Assembly (NCBI GenBank): GCA_964016885.1
Contig: OZ024740.1
Coordinates: forward strand, 67,766,001-67,830,000
DNA length: 64,000 bases
Origin: Eledone cirrhosa
Taxonomy: Eukaryota
Reading direction: 5' to 3'
The translations under genes and the position numbers were made by a program. Numbering within the stretch: position 1 is the first letter of the stretch; every line of letters starts with the position of its first letter. Below, piece by piece: positions 28,851 to 41,869 of this stretch. The notes below the pieces were generated by a model. The model did no database searches. It had not been told where the DNA came from and saw only the letters and a list, made by a program, of their open reading frames with translations.

Positions 28851-29563
28851 CGGGAAAAGATGGGCCTATATATATATAACTGCCATGACCATTCATTTCA
28901 CATAGCTTCCCATCTAGTGCACTTTATGATATTTATAAATTTGTTTGTTGCTTCCAATGTTGTTGTTGATTATGTTTTGCATCATCGCAACAAACCTGAT
29001 CAAAGGCATTCCAGTCATGACAATCCACCGTTTCGTTTTTGTTTTTCTTTTTTTGTGTGTCTGTCTGTGTGCTGGTGGTGGGCGGGGGTGTGGGCATTTT
29101 ATATAGTACAAAAGAAAATAAATTTTATCTAAAATATTTTGTAAGACGGTAGTATGCAGTCCGATGTTAACTCTTGCATTTTGAGCATGTAGAAATTTCC
29201 AATTGACTCAACAAGGTTGATTGGTTCATAATATAGCTGCTGATGTTATCAAACATTTTTTGCTGCTTATGTCGATGATTGAATTCATTTTTATTTATTC
29301 TAGACACCATTTTTTTCTCTTTTTTTTTTTTTAAATTATTATTCTTTCTTGTTGCGGGCATTTATTATTCTTAATACAGCTGTAGTTGAATCGGGATCGC
29401 AGAATTCCTGTTTTCTAACGCACTAATGGTTTAGAATTGATTTCACATGGAATTTACAACCAATTTCCCTTCCATACGTGCTTGAAAAAATATTTTTTTA
29501 AATAGAATAAAGATAATGGAGATGATGATGAGGATGATCGTGATGACGTGAATGATGATGATG

Positions 29564-29599
<36 letters not shown>

Positions 29600-30521
29600 G
29601 TAAAACCACTCAATGAAACGAAATGTTTGGAATGAAAAGGAAACAAACAAATAACAAATAATAATAAAAAGACAAGTTGCTTATAAATTAGAGAAAGAAA
29701 AAATCCCCCTAAAAAAAAAGCAAACATAGAAAGAGACTCACTAACACACACAAAAAGCAATAAAATAATGAAATAATTCACGTCACATTAAGAGCTTGCA
29801 GCCAAAATTTCTAGCGTCATATATCTTACAGCAGTTTTAGCACAAGGACCATGATTTTTTTTGTTGTTGTTCATCATTCTTGCCCGCCAATGGCAAAAAT
29901 TGTGAATCTAATATGATTCCCATAGCAACACTGAGGCAGAGAGGAAAAATAGTAACAAGGTTTGGGTTGGCTGACGTAATCTATTTTAAATCATCATTCC
30001 AACATAATTTTACAAATGATTCAAACAACAAAACAAATTTTAAAACGATATTTAAATAGGAGGTTAATACATGTGGTAAAACTAAACAAAAAAACAAACG
30101 AATAATCCCTACTTTCGTTTTCGTTTTGTTTTTCTCTATTTTTACGTTTTTAGGTATTTATCTAATGGTTTTGTTTCTACAATTTATCTGAATAAAATGG
30201 AGGATGAGAATTTGAGAACAATACCCAGTCCTCATGTAATTTTGAAATTTTTAGTAAGGGGTTTATTTTGCGTAAATCTGCTATCTGTATTTAAGCAATG
30301 TGCATAAAATGGTGCATTAAGAAATATTTAAAGAATGCCAGGTTTTTCATTTCAGATATCAAATATACATATCAGTAAGCTTTATTTCTTCATATATATA
30401 TGTCTCTTCCTCTGATTTTCAAAATATTCTCATATTCAACATCATTTTACCTCTTTCGAAATTTTATTCTGCAATACAATATTATGTATATATAACCAAA
30501 TCTACACACAAACTCAAAATA

Positions 30522-30563
<42 letters not shown>

Positions 30564-30586
30564 CTCTATCTCTCCCCTTCTCTCTA

Positions 30587-30619
<33 letters not shown>

Positions 30620-30679
30620 GTATATATATATGTATAAAAAAGAAATAGGATTTCGCTTTAAGCATAGCTTTATACAATA

Positions 30680-30959
30680 TGTATAAATATTTTGTATCTC
30701 CAAAGAAATACAGTTTTAGGAAGGCGTAGCTATGCAAACACCTCATTTACACAGACGAGAAAAGTATATATTCTCAGCTGTCTTCTAGTCCAGCAGTCGG
30801 TGGGAGGGACCGTCCTGACGAAGGCCAGTTAAGCCTGAAATGAACAGACGGTTGTCCCCTTTGCTTCTGCTGGACATCACCAGAGGGCGTTAGCCCCCCG
30901 GTGTTTGCATAGCTACGGCTTCCTAAAACTGTATTTCTTTTGAGATACAAAATATTTAT

Positions 30960-30962
<3 letters not shown>
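30680..30962. mobile_element. Short element with ~62-bp inverted arms enclosing a hammerhead
   Basis: 30680-30742 is the reverse complement of 30900-30962, with few mismatches. Adjacent to (TA)n. Confidence 0.75.
30809..30852 (+). ncRNA. Minimal hammerhead with atypical stem III
   Basis: ACCGTC-CTGACGA-AGGC-CAGTTAA-GCCT-GAAA-TGAA-CA-GACGGT. Perfect stems I and II, C at position 16.1. Confidence 0.68.
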
Positions 30963-31049
<87 letters not shown>

Positions 31050-31125
31050 CGAAGGTAATGTGGTAAAAAACCAGGTGGACCATAACGCACCAAATTATTC
31101 AATACTTAGGGTAGTAGAGTGGGTA

Positions 31126-31234
31126 ATAGGAACGAGTAGGACCCCGACGGGTGAGCTCAAGCCGTTTCGACGACTAATTCTGGACTAAAATATTTTAGTC
31201 CACAATTAGCCGTCGGGGTCCTACTCGTTCCTAT
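31126..31234. repeat. 25-bp perfect inverted repeat enclosing a nested hairpin (partial hammerhead)
   Basis: ATAGGAACGAGTAGGACCCCGACGG (31126-31150) pairs with 31210-31234. Confidence 0.85.
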
Positions 31235-31264
31235 ATATATATATATATATATATATACACAAAC

Positions 31265-31379
<115 letters not shown>

Positions 31380-31714
31380 GTTATATTTAATATAATCCTG
31401 AAAGGACACTCTGTTTCTATTTAGAGTATTCTCAGCAGTAAAATACGCAATTACATTCTACTTAGGCATACAGAAAATATGAAAATAGTCCTCTTGTGTT
31501 TAAGCCCAAATGTTCACGCATACAAAACAACACACACACACAAAGATATATATGTGTATGTATGTGAGTATTTTATGTGTGATTGAATGTCTATTCATCT
31601 AAATATGCGATTCACAACGTCTATATATCGATATGTTCTGTTATCTGTATACCAAACAAATACGCCTTTTATTAATATTATTATTATAAACACTCACCCC
31701 CCCCCCCCCACACG

Positions 31715-31763
<49 letters not shown>

Positions 31764-31775
31764 ACACATACACAT

Positions 31776-31811
<36 letters not shown>

Positions 31812-31815
<4 letters not shown>

Positions 31816-32420
31816 TGGCTGCCAACTCGTTTTCGAGTTCGGCCATTACTTTATATCCATGTAGGAGAACCCCCACCGATGCGCTGAACAAGTGTGACTT
31901 TTTAGTCCAGCCAGCGACTTAAAAACTCTGGTACAAACAATACACCTGTGACAATTATTGACACATAGTGCTGGCCCCATGGTACCATGTAACGACAAGT
32001 GCAGAGAGATCTCCAGATACAAAGCAATGCCTGTGCCCTGAAGCTTTTATAGTGAGCAAAGGCACTGCACAAAGCCAGTCCCACTCTCTTAACCAAGATG
32101 ATATTTACCAAAAAGAAGAACAAGTCAACATCATTGGATACCATCAGGGTTGCAGGTGTTATATGAGAGTTTTCCTTCTCCTAGAATTCTGCCTTGACAA
32201 AGGCTAAGAGTTCATCTCTCCCGGTGATTTTGGATGGCCATTGACTCTTAAGAGCTCCTTTGCCACTTGACAGGTTTTGTTTTTAGACCTGCAGGATGTC
32301 CAAAGTCACCCTCCTCACCAAGAAACCTTGGTGGGGTTGCCAGTTTAGTCGCCAACGACCCGACCATGAGACAGGTTGTACTGGGATACATGTTACCAGT
32401 AGCACCAACTGGTGACCTGA
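31812..32420 (-). mobile_element. Probable non-autonomous element or 5' UTR of an RTE-like LINE
   Basis: GC-richer block bounded by (TA)n on both sides, HDV-like fold near its minus-strand 5' end, no ORF. Family assignment is inference. Confidence 0.4.
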
Positions 32421-32694
32421 CATATATATATATATATGTATATATACATACCTATATATACATATATATATATATACATGAAATATGTATTTATTTATAT
32501 ATATATGTGTATGTGAGTGTGTAAATGTGGGTGTGTGCGTGTATGCGTGTATGTATATGTGTATGTGTATGTGTGTGTGTGTGTGTTGGTAACTGTTTGA
32601 TGAACCTAGAATTGAATGATGCGCGTAAAATAGAACCACCTTCATAATCATTCACAAATTAACCGAAAGAAACACGTGTAGATAATAGTAGCAG

Positions 32695-32741
32695 TAACAA
32701 CAACAACAACAACAATAATAATCCTAATAATAATAATTGTG

Positions 32742-32838
<97 letters not shown>
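32695..32838. repeat. (AAC)n/(AAT)n microsatellite
   Basis: Directly visible. Confidence 0.95.
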
Positions 32839-33508
32839 GGGAAAAAGACGCACGTGGTGGTAGAAGGTCATGAATTCGCTCCCGTAAGTTTTTGATTTTT
32901 AACATATTTAAATCAATTGTGAAATAACAATTCTTAGTACAAATGATGCATAAAGCACCGAATCAAGTCTCATAAAAATTCGGATCCATAATATATTGTT
33001 ATATCGCTCAAATATTCAATTTTGTATTATACATTTTATATTCAAAAAAGAAAATGGTTATAAATGGAAGAAAGCCCCCTCTGTCTACACTATATAGAAC
33101 AGCCAAATAACAGCAATTTCACCAACACCAGAAACTAGATACACCACCTACCCCATCACCCCGCTGTGTACACTAAATACAACAGCCAGAAAACGGTAAT
33201 TTCACCACCACCACCACCAATCCCAGCATCATAATAATAATTACTATTATTATTGTCTCAAGTTTTAACAAAATGTTTAATTCCAATATTAAGAGAATAT
33301 GTCAACACATATATTAAACATACGCGACACAAACGCATAGATACTACAGATCAAACAAAACTACAGTCTATTCAACAAAACTCAGTAACAACAACGCCAC
33401 CGCCGCCACGGCTCCATCCACCATTGCTACCACTATCCCATCACCGCCGCCACCACTCCTTCATTGCTACTACCACTATTCCCCATTACCTTCTGTTAAC
33501 TTATGTTA

Positions 33509-35749
33509 ACATCTATGTTTAGTGACCTGAGGTCGTTGAGCATGTGGCCCTGCCTCCATGACGCCCCCAAGCCACGCGCATTTATGCTGCCTATTCTGAG
33601 TGAGGTCATGTTGAAATGGAGTGGAAAAGATGTGAAAGACCACTTACCTTACTTCTCGTTGAGGAAGGATGGTTTCTCCATCCTTTTCACTGCTTGTGGC
33701 CTCCTCCGGAAGGATGTCCTTATAAATCCTCCCGAAGAGTGCTTATCAGAAGTCTCCGATGTCTTTGGGGAATTTTTGTTTTAGTGTCGTGTACGTTTTC
33801 TGTGTGATGCCAGTGAATTGTATGTGTGCAGGTGGTGTGAACTTTGGGGTTGTTGTATTCTTTTTCTGTGATGCTGATGTTGTGTTGGATGTCGTGTAAT
33901 AATTGATTGGTGTTCAAATTTAATGCTGTGTAGTGTGTATCGTTTTGGTTGTTTTGTTTTGTTTGCGTTTGTTGTGGGTTTTTTTCTGTTTCGCTTTTTG
34001 GTGACATTTGTGGTGTTGGTGATGGTGGTGTTGGAGTTAATGATGGTGATGGTGTTGGTGTTTGTGGTGATGGGGTGGGTGATGCTGGTGGGGATGGTGG
34101 CATAGCTGTCCTAACTTTTTTGTTTGATAGTTTATTTGTTTCCCTTTGTATTTTGTTTTTAAATGGGGAAGGAAGAAGCTTCTTCTTTTTTGGCTTCTTT
34201 TTCTTTTTTTCTTTTTTCCTGATACCGTTTACAACTCCTCGTCGTCACAATCTGTCTCCAGTTGCCATAGGTCGGGGAGTGGAAAATCTTCCACAGACGT
34301 TGGTTTTGGTTGTGGCGTGGTGGATGGTGTAGGCGCTGGTGTTAGATCTGGCGCATTGGGTGGTGTTGGTGTTGGTTTTGCTAATGTTTCTGGGGTTGCT
34401 GTTGTTACATTTGCTACTGTTGTTGCTGCTACAGTTGTTGCTGGTGGTGTTGATGGTTGAGTCACTGGGGTGGGTAAGAGAGGTGGCCTCAACCTTTTAG
34501 CCTGTGGGCAGAAAGCCCTTAGGTGGGTTCCTTCACCACAAACGACACACCTAGGCCTTCTGCCCTCGACGATTACGGTGAGGTGATTGACGTCAGTGAG
34601 GTCTATTACCTCTGGGATCTCCTCAATGCTTTTTTGGTCCGCTTCGATCAGGAGCTCCCTCCCCGATCCGGAACAGTTCTACTGCTTTTCTTTAGCTATT
34701 TCGATTATCTTGGTGTTGGCCTCGATGCCGGCGAGAACGGCAGCCCTTAGCCAGGGGTTTCGATGGCCGGTGGAACGTGGGTCAGCCTGATCTTCACGAC
34801 TCTCTGGCCACAATAGCTTGGGCGAGTGTGAAGTCATCACTCCTTAATGGGGCCATGTGGTGTTCTCTGGCCTCCTGTGATGTTCCAAAGAACACGTCCA
34901 CGGTTCCATATTTCTGCCCACGTCTGATGTGTTATTTTTTTGCCCACACATGTCCCAAAGCTTTTTGGATTTGGGATTCGCATGCTCGTTCCACTCGGCG
35001 CGATGTTATGTTAATCGTCCAATAAGACACGGTGCATAGGCGCCGATGCTCCATTTTATTAGGTGAGGGTGAGGCTGACCCTGTACTCATCTTTCTTTAC
35101 CATTCTCCTGAGTTACTTGGATTGCTTCGCACTTTTTTGCTACTCTGGCAAAAGACAGGGTGGTTTTCTTATTCTCATTGTTGTTGTTACTGTTGTTATT
35201 GTTATGTTTGTTATTGTTATTTTCTGTTTCAGTTGTGGTGGTGGTGGCGTCAGTGGTGTTCGGTGTGGAAGACTCCATTCTGGCTGAATCCATTTCGATG
35301 TCACGAGATCATTTATTTTTTTCTTTTGTTTCTGTTGTCGATGTGGTGGTGGTGGGGGTGGCGGCTTCAACACCTACATTCATTGGTAATGGCGGGAAAT
35401 GAATGTCTGCCTGAGACAAATTTAAAATATTGCTACTGCTTATATTTTTAGTGTTGGCAAACGTAGTCATATTTACAATGGTGGTGTCGGTGTGAGGTGT
35501 TAGTTTGTGAGGAAGGTGTGACTGTGAGTCGACTATGATTTTTTCAAAGAAATTTTTGTTTGATAATTATAAAAGTTTAAATTTCGGGCTCAAGGCCCCA
35601 ATCTTTTTGAGTGTCCTTTTCAGAAAACAATGTATGTGGAGTTATATACAGTTAACAACAAACATTTTCCATAATTGGAAATTTTAAACAACTGAAGACA
35701 ACAAACCTTTGCAGAGCTCACGATAATACGATTTCCTACGTAGGTCGCC
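33509..35749 (-). mobile_element. Tx1-like LINE B: 5' UTR + ORF1 + first ~100 nt of ORF2 (same family as A)
   Basis: Collinear, highly similar to 9805-12072. CCHC knuckle RPRCVVCGEGTHLRAFCP. Confidence 0.9.
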
Positions 35750-35801
<52 letters not shown>

Positions 35802-35803
<2 letters not shown>

Positions 35804-35978
35804 TGTTTCTACTATTGGCACAAGGCCAGCAATTACCCAGTACATTACTGGTACTTTATTGTATCGACCCCGTAAGGATGAAAAGCAAAGTTAACCTCGG
35901 CTGGATTTGAACTCAGAATAGCAAGGGCCGTAACTCTATGCGTCAAAGCATGGCGTCCAACCCTCTACCGATACTGGC
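35802..35978 (-). mobile_element. Dominant SINE family copy between LINEs C and B
   Basis: Consensus match, with (AAT)n on both sides. Confidence 0.85.
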
Positions 35979-35990
35979 AATAATAATAAT

Positions 35991-38900
35991 GATTTCATTT
36001 ATTAGCCACAAAGCCCGACACGTAGGGGACAATACAAAGGCAGGGACAGGGGGGTTTACACTAAAGTCGAGTAAAAGAGCACAATGGCAATACTAATTTA
36101 ACAATGAAGATATAAAAAATATAAAATAAACTATGCATAAATATAACAAAATAAATTCCCCGATAGGGGCTGGACGGCCCTGGGGTGACTCGGGTACCCC
36201 ATGAATCCTGAACAACCCTGCGCTTCTAGGGCACCCAGTGAGAGAACCACTTTCCTCAAGTTAGCGGGCCACATTCATCCACCTTTTAGCAAATGTACTG
36301 GGGGGCAGCACTTCTCTCTACACCCTCACCTTCATTTCCAACTGAAACTTGAAGAAGTTGATGAGGGATTGGCTAAAGAGAAAAGTGTCTGTCTTCAGCC
36401 CTTTTTAATCTGGTCCACCATATAACCTCTTTCGCAACTGCCACCAGACAGAGGTACATTTCCTGCACTTCCTGACCTAAGGAAGGCGGCGGGTCGATCT
36501 TCACTATGGACTCGGCCGACAGCCGGGTTCGTTCCACACGCCACAAGTCAGTAATGCACGGACATTGGACAAGTGCGTGCAGAACGGTTTCGTCGTTCTG
36601 TGCGCATCTTGGGCAATGTCCGTCTGACAGCACTTCCGTGTCTGTAGATTTATCCCGAACCGGCAGTGCCTCCCGGTAGCACTGCCAAGCGAGGGATTTC
36701 TGGAAATTGTCCATCGTCCCCGGCTCGAGAGTCCTCCGGTACAGACTGGTCAGTTCGACATCGTCGAGGCCCAAAGCTTCTCCGAGTGCATCATTGCACT
36801 TGCCCACCACTAATCCTCTATAGAACTCGAGAGTGGAAGTTCTGATCGCATTACCCGCTTGGTAAAGGGCAGTGAGTGCCTGGCAACATTCCAGGTGGAA
36901 GTCACCCAGTCTCGGTCTCTTCTTGACCCAGGACTGCAGCTCAGTCAAAGAAACGAGCTGCGGAAAGGCCCATCTGATAAACGGCGACAAAACCTGTTCA
37001 TCGTTTAGGCAGAATATCTGGAGATGTCACAGCCTCAACGCATGTCTGCGTATCATTAGCCACGGCATGCCCAGTCCTCCGCGTAGAGGGTGCTGGCAGC
37101 AGATAGACCGCCTCACCAGCGGAACTTGTCCCCTCCACAAGATTTTGAAGAGGAGCCGTTGCAATTTGACGAGACGCGGACGGGGGCAAGGCACGACGGT
37201 CAGGCGTTAGTAGATGACAGACGCGATGTATGCATTCTCCACCTCCGCGCGACCTTTCAGTGATAGCTTCCTCCCATCCCATTTTGGGGTGAGACTGGCT
37301 ACTCTGCTCATTACCTCGTCCCAATTCTGTTCCACCAGGAGGTCTGGTCCGAATCAAACCCCGAGCAACTTTACAGGTCCGTCCAGAGACCTACGACGCT
37401 GTTGGACGGCATGGGCTTGCCTCTCCAGGTTCCTAGCTGCAAGCCCACCGACTGTTCCGGGTTAAGTTTGGCTCCTGTCAACCTTTCATATTTCTTCAAT
37501 AAGGTGCCGACCACTTAGATTTCTGAGGAGTTCGACACCTTCACGGTGATGTAGTCCGCATAAGCCGACACCGCCTTCCCACGTCCCGGTTCGAGCGGGA
37601 TGCCCTGCAGCAGCTCCAGCTTCCGCAGTAAAGGCTCGAGAGTCAATACGTACAGAAGAGAAGAGAAAGGGCACCCTTGACGGACCGATGGGGAGAGCCG
37701 AAATGGTTCTGAGAGGTGGTCATTAACCTTGACCACCGAGGGGGCGCCGCTGTGCATTGCACCGATCCAGCTTTTGAAAACAGGGCTGAAGCCAGCTGTT
37801 TGAGGACAAACTCCAGATACGGTTGGTCGACGCTATCGAATGCTTTCGATTGATCTAAACTCATCAGAGCCCCACTGAAGCCAGGTTTACACCTACCCTC
37901 TCTATGATGTATCGCATGAGGTGGAGATTGTCGTGGATGGACCTGGTTGGGATTGCGCATGTCTGCGCCTCTCTCACCAGACCAGCAACGACAAGCGCCA
38001 ATCTCTTTGCTAACAACTTAGGCCAAAATCTTAAACTCTATGTTGAGCAGAGTTATGGCCCTGAAGTTGTCTAATATATCCCTCTTGTTCTCGTCTTTCC
38101 TTATCTACGTCAACACTGCCCTGCTCACAGAACGGGGATGCTCCCATTCTGCTGCCAGTTGCAGTAGAGCGCTTCTAAGAGATCGGGGAACAAGTCTGGC
38201 ATATTTACGTAAAGCTCGTAGGACAGGCCATAAAAACCGGGTGACTTGCGCCTCATGCAGCCGGCAAGGGCGTCCTGAATTTCTGCTGAAGTAATCGGCC
38301 TTTCGCAGCGCTCAGCGTCTACCGTCGAGATGCGCGGCAACCCGTCAAGGTAGGGACTGAAATCCGCTACTCTCTCTGACTCGCCACTCTCCCCGAACAA
38401 CCGAGAATAGTGCTGGCGAAAGGCCTCACACATCCGCTTGGAGTCGCTTACCTCGTGTCCGTCGCGGTCCGCCAAAGACCGTATTGTGGTTTTATTACCA
38501 CGCTGAGCCTCGGCCACGCGGGCCCATAGAACAGCTTTGGTTCCTTCGTTTCTCAACGCACGCGCTTTAGCTCTGACACTGCAATCTTCGTGTTTCACAT
38601 TGAAGAAGTGGTCTAATGCCATTCTCGCCGCTCGCACGTCAGATTCAATGACACTACAAATAGCCTCGTCTAACTTATCTACCAGCTCCCCCTCCTTTCT
38701 ATTTTTTTCTAACGCTAGTTCTTTGCTGAACTCAATCGAAGTTACTATAATCTCTCTTTTGAGAGGCCCCCACCATCTTTTGTTGATGATCCCCCCTGTT
38801 AACTTTTGCTTAACTAAATTGTTGAATCGGTCCCTGTAAGCCTTACGTGCCGGAAATGACATGTTCAGCTTACAGTAACCTGGTCCCAGCCTACGCGTTT

Positions 38901-41801
38901 TATCTAGGTCGAGCATACAGATCACAAATTTGTGATCTGAATAGGCGACCGTTTTAAAAAATGGGCAGCCTAGACTATTTCTATCTATTTTCCTAATGAA
39001 GATCCTGTCTATATACGAACTAGATCACCCCATTCGGTTGATCCATGTCCATACTGGCACATTGTGGAAATCTAGTCGATACTTGTCAGACAGTTGGAAC
39101 TGGCTGAGTAGGTGCTTCAGGCTTTTGCACCCCCCGCTCTTATCAGCTACTCCCACACAATCCGGCGTGCGTCTAAGATGCCATTCCAGTCCCCCGCTAA
39201 CAGTAAATGGCGAGACGTACCCAGAAAGGTCTCCAGGCACCTAAAGAATTCCGATCGTCCGGCCTCTGTAGGGGCGTAGACGGCCAGCAATCTAAAGGTA
39301 CCACCTTCGCTACTGCTCACATCCAAGACAACTAACTTACCGTCCGGTTCCCGGAAGATCGACCTTACCTCGAGATACAATCCTTTCCTAAACATCACTG
39401 CCACCCCACCGCCCATTCTCGACCTGCTAACAGATACGAGATCTGATAGTCGTCGAAAATGGGGGATAATGCGCGCGTGTCGCAAATTCTGGTCTCGCTG
39501 ACGGCAATCACATCCATTTCCAGCGATCCGAGGTCGTTGAACAGGCGACCCTGCTTCCAGGGTGACCCCAGGCCGCGAACATTTAAACTTCCTACTCTTA
39601 ATATGGCCATGTTGGCAAGCTAAAAGAGAGAGCGAAGGTGTACTTACCTCGCGGGGTCTTGTGAAGGTCGGCTGGTACGACCTCCATGGTTGGTGGGTTT
39701 CTTTTGGGAACCCCTTTAACAGTATCGATGTGGGTTTCACATTCGGGGTTCCCACGTCTTGAGGAAAACTCTCCCGAATTTCTTTGAAGGAATCGCGTGA
39801 CATTCGGACCAGAAGCAAATCTTCTGTCAGTCAAAATGTGCTCATTTCAAAGATCTCCCCCTCTGTTTGAATGTCCTCGCTTCGTGCTAAGAGGGCCATC
39901 AGTTTATCGTTGGCCCTTCTGACAGGCACGAAGTTTTTAAAATTTTGTTGGTTTTATTTGTTTTCGTTTTGGTGACTGTGGTGGCGATGTTTTGGTGGTG
40001 TTGTTTCGGGTATGTCTGTGTTTGTTATAGGTGTGGTGTCTGCAATTTCAGGTATTTGTATGTTTATTTGTACTTGTGTTTGTTTAGGTTGTTTGCGTTT
40101 CGGGGATTGTGGGGGGGGGGGGGTCGATGTTGCTGTTGATGCTGATGTTATTGGGGAAGTGTTTGCGTTAGTGGTGTCTGTATTTTTTGTTGTGTATGAT
40201 TTTGTGTTTTGTCATGGCTTTTTTTGTGAGTTTTCTGTTTTTTTGCACTTTTGGGTTTTCCTTCATCTTCGCTGTTGGAAAAAAAAAGGGCCTGTGGCTG
40301 TGTGCGTTTATTGTTTTGTCTATGTGTATAATGGGGGGCGGTAGGGGGAGTGGGAGAGCTTTCCTCGTTTTCACCTTGGATTGGTTTCTGTGTTGGTGGT
40401 GGTCAGGCTGTTTTTGATGTGGGTGTCCGTGTCTTTGTTGGTGTTGCTTTTGGTGGTGCAGCTTTCCGTGCTGACACTGGCGTTGGCAACAACGGCGGTT
40501 TGCGACCCTCTGCATTTTTGCGCTGAGGGCAGAAGGCTTGCAGATGCGTTGCTTCCCCGCAGACGAAGCAGTTCGGTCTTCTTCTCTCAGTGATTAGTTG
40601 GATTGTTGTCCCGTCCTGCAGGCGGGCAAAACCCGGGATGTTGTTCATGTCCCCCGGTTTCATTTGGAGAAGGATCCCCAAATCCATTCCGGACCAATTT
40701 TCTCTCTTTGTCCTTTTGATATTCAGGAAGGTAGTGTCTGTACCCTCCTCGATTACGCATCTTAGGAGCCACTATATTTTCATTCCTGGCGGGATGCTGG
40801 GAATGCGGACATTTACGGTCCTTTTACCCATGTAGGGCGGGTGCATGATTATGCGTTCCGTTCTGCAGGGGGTCACCGAGTGCTTAATAGCAAGGGCCTC
40901 GGTTTTGAACAGTACCGAGATGGTACCGAACTGTTTGGCCATTGCTTTATACTCTATGTCACTTCCGATGCACTCCAAAGAAGCCTCGACCACTGCTTGG
41001 CTGGCACTTTGCTCGTCTGCACCGAAATGCATCGAAAGTACACCGTCCTCCTTTGCATGGCCGCTATTACTCCGTCCGGGATGGTCAGGTTTGCCCAGGA
41101 CTTCTCCCGTTTAATTAGCCTCCACGCCTGCGCCAACTATTTGTCTGTATCGCTAATATCAATATTCAATAAACGCTTTGTTTTATGATGCTGCTGCAGC
41201 AAAGGTGGTGCCTTTGTTGCTCTTGTTGTTGGTGTTGTCCTTTTTGCTGTTGTTATTGGTGTTGCTGTTGTTGTTTGGTTTGTTGTTGCTGTTGCCACCG
41301 CCATCCGTGTTTACATTGAAGCTGTCGGTGTTATTGTCGTTTTGCTCAGAGTTGTTGTTGTTGTGGTAGTGGTGGTGCTGATGTTGTTTTCAGATGATAC
41401 TGCTGCTAACACAGAAGGGAGCGGTTGTGATGGCAGCTTTTGAGTTTTGCCTTCACATTCAGTGGAATGGTCGACAGACATGCCTGTAGTAGTCGTAGTT
41501 GTGGGGAAATCTACAGTGGCTGCCTTTGAACTTTTCACCTGAACGTTGTTTACCGTTTCAAGGTCGAAAATTTCTATTTTTTTTTTTTTGGTGGGGAAGC
41601 GATTTTTTCGAAGTTTTTAAAAATAAATCTGATTATTCGGGCTTAATGCCCGAATATTGAGACTTCTCCCTCCCTTGGAACCAAGGTGGGTACCTTATGC
41701 TTCGTTAACGACAAGAAAATACAAAAAATATTAATTTAAAACAGCTTAAAGTTACGAATATTTTCCCCCGCAGACATGTGCATCTTCATACATGTGCGTC
41801 C
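35991..41801 (-). mobile_element. L1/Tx1-like LINE C, near full length, degenerate, divergent from A
   Basis: ORF1 RRPNCFVCGEATHLQAFCPQ. ORF2 MAILRVGSLNVRGL (39610), AVYAP, AGDWN, LDQSKAFDSV, VRQGCPFS, AYADY, CPRC..DETVLHALVQC. Confidence 0.92.
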
Positions 41802-41869
41802 AATAATAATAATGATGATTCAATAATAATAATAATTGTTTCTACTTTAGGCACACTAATAATAATAAT

